Shown here in pieces: positions 61,920-64,000 of a stretch of DNA of 64,000 bases. The position numbers and the translations under genes were made by a program. A model generated the notes under the pieces. That model ran no database searches, was not told the origin of the DNA, and worked only from the letters and a program-made list of their open reading frames with translations. Within the stretch, counting starts at the first letter, position 1, and each line of letters begins with the position of its first letter. Source of the stretch: Squalus acanthias (taxonomy: Eukaryota); contig CM059431.1 in NCBI GenBank assembly GCA_030390025.1, positions 105,898,001 through 105,962,000 on the forward strand. The letters are read 5' to 3'.

Positions 61920-62830
61920 AGCAAACAACAACTTGCATTTATATAGCGCCATTAACACAGCAAAACATCCCAAGGCGCTTCACAAGGGGGATTGACAGGG
62001 CAGATGCTGAGAGGCTGTTTCCCCTGGCTGGAGAGTCTAGAACTAGGGGGCACAGTCTCAGGATAAGGGGTCGGCCATTTAAGACTGAGATGAGGAGGAG
62101 TTTTTTTCACTCAGAAGGTTGTGAATCTTTGGAATTCTCTACCCCAAAAGGCTGTGGATGCTCAGTCGTTGAGTATATTCTAGGCTGAGATAGATAGATT
62201 TTTGGACTCAAGGGGAATCAAGGGATATGTGGATCAGGCGGGAAAGTGGAGTTGAGGTCGAAGATCAGCCACGATCTTATTGAATGGCGGAGCAGGCTAG
62301 AAAGGCCGTATGGCCTACTCCTGCTCCTAATTCTTATGTTCTTATGTTCACAGGAGCATTATCAGACAGGATTTGACACCGAGCCACATAAAGAGATAGT
62401 AGAACAAGTGACAAAAATTTTGGTCATATAGGTAGGTTTTAAGGAGCGACTTAAAGGTAGAGAGGTAGAGAGGCGGAGGTGTTTAGGGAGGGAATTCCAG
62501 AGCTTAGGGGCTAGCAAGCTGAAGGCACGGCCACCAATGGTGGGGCGAAGGAAATCAAGGATGCGCAAGAGGCCAGAATTGGAGGAGTGCAGAGGTCTCG
62601 GAGGTTTGTAGGGCTGGAGGAGGTTACAGAGCCAGGGAGACAAGGATGAGAATTTTAAATTCGAGGTGTTGCCAGTCAACGTAGGCCAGCGAGCAAAGGG
62701 GAGTTGTGTGAACGGGACTCGGTGCGAGTCAGGATACTGGCAGCACAGCATTAGATGAGCTGACGTTTGCGGAGGGTGGAAGGTGGGAGGCCGGAAGGTG
62801 CAGGTCCGTGAGGTTGAATCCTGAGATGAA
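61920..62830 (-). mobile_element. L2 LINE 3' region split by a CR1
   Basis: The tail at 61920-61984 resumes at 62347, with TTCACA duplicated. Confidence 0.87.
61985..62346 (+). mobile_element. CR1 LINE 3' end nested in L2
   Basis: CR1 ORF2 end, 3' UTR and (tcttatgt)n tail. Confidence 0.9.
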
Positions 62831-62844
62831 GGGGTTGTCTTAGG

Positions 62845-63288
62845 AAGAAATGTTGAGCAGGCTGGGCCTATACTCATTGGAGTTTAGAAAAATGAGAGGT
62901 GATCTTATTGAAACATATAAGATTCTGAAGGGGCTTCACAGGGTAGATGCTGAGAGGATGTTTCCCCTCGTGGGGGAATCTAGAACTAGGGGGCATCATT
63001 TCAGAATAAGGGGGCACCCTTTTAAATCGGAAATGAGGAGGAATTTCTTCTCTCAGAGGGTCGTGAATCTTTGGAATTCTCTTCCCCAGAGAGCTGTGGA
63101 GACTGGGTCATTGAATATATTTAAGGTGGAGATAGACAAATTTTTGAACGATAAGGGAGTCAAGGGTTATGGGGAGCGGGCAGGGAAGTGGAGTTGAGGC
63201 CAAGATCAGATATGATCTTATTGAATGGCGGAGCAGGCTCGAGGGGCCAAATGACCGACTCCTGCTCCTATGTCATATGGTCTTATGT
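62845..63288 (+). mobile_element. CR1 LINE 3' end
   Basis: ORF 62850-63197 contains LGLYSLEFRKMRGDLIETYKIL...RRNFFSQRVVNLWNSLP. Confidence 0.93.
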
Positions 63289-64000
63289 AAATGCCAAGAC
63301 ATGAATCCAGCATTTCTCCACTCCACAGGAGCTGTTTCCAGAGCTGCCTCTTCCTGAAATGGAGTCAGTCCAAAATCGCTGCGCTGAAGGTACAATTCCT
63401 CCTCAAAGAGGTCAGCCGGTGCACCTCAACAACGAACCCAAACCAGCAAAGACCGAACGACGCCATGGCCTGCTCATTCTTGCTGCCACCCGCCAGTTTT
63501 TTTTAAAAAAACCTCCAGTTTGAATGTTACAAAGCAACTTTTTAGTACTCCTGCATAAATTTGGCAGCTGATATCCGCCGTATCCCTGCCATTCCACCTG
63601 TCTACATTTTGACGGTTCTCTTCCTTATCACAGTCCTGTCAAAAAAGTTCAGTCTGTGTAACTCTGATTCTGTTTTTCCTCAGACAGTTTGAAAACCTAG
63701 ACTGGGTAAGACAACAGAAATGGATATTGTGATATGCCACTCATTCCCCCTATCTGATTGTCTCATACTGATGATATCACTCGAGCATGGCACTGAACAC
63801 TATCAGCTGTCAGTGACTGATTCTAGATTACTCTCTTTTTTTTGATAACGAACACTGAAAAGCTGCTATTGAAAAGCTAGTCTAGTCTTTTCTTTTCTGT
63901 CATCTTTATTCTGTTACTTGGATAAGGATTTGATGGGTTCCGTTACAATACATGGTGGGTAAAGTCATTACAGCAATGGCAGGGCCTGCTTTTCATAGCA

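Noticed and set aside
1..64000. CRISPR array, prokaryotic operon or defence system
   Set aside because: There are no regularly spaced repeats and no gene-dense coding structure. The content is vertebrate interspersed repeats.

Overview
This is repeat-rich, apparently non-coding vertebrate DNA. The repeat inventory (Deu-domain tRNA SINEs, CR1, L2 and RTE LINEs, Penelope-type tails, GG..CC-ended MITEs) points by inference to a cartilaginous fish, probably a shark. I cannot support any host protein-coding gene. The long recognisable ORFs are fragments of LINE ORF2 (CR1 at 51549-54218, L2 at 608-1605 and 9512-10322, RTE at 21692-22824). Around them are many SINE copies, at least three families of non-autonomous DNA transposons with TIRs and TSDs I could read directly, and a 1.45-kb solo LTR inserted in an L2 tail. 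There are also two minimal hammerhead-ribozyme motifs in Penelope-type tails, a ~180-bp AT-rich hairpin and an unexplained 45-bp direct repeat. Several repeat-free blocks resemble conserved developmental enhancers, and there is one candidate 21-nt microexon. The window is most likely a large intron or gene desert. Element boundaries are approximate unless a TSD or TIR is quoted.
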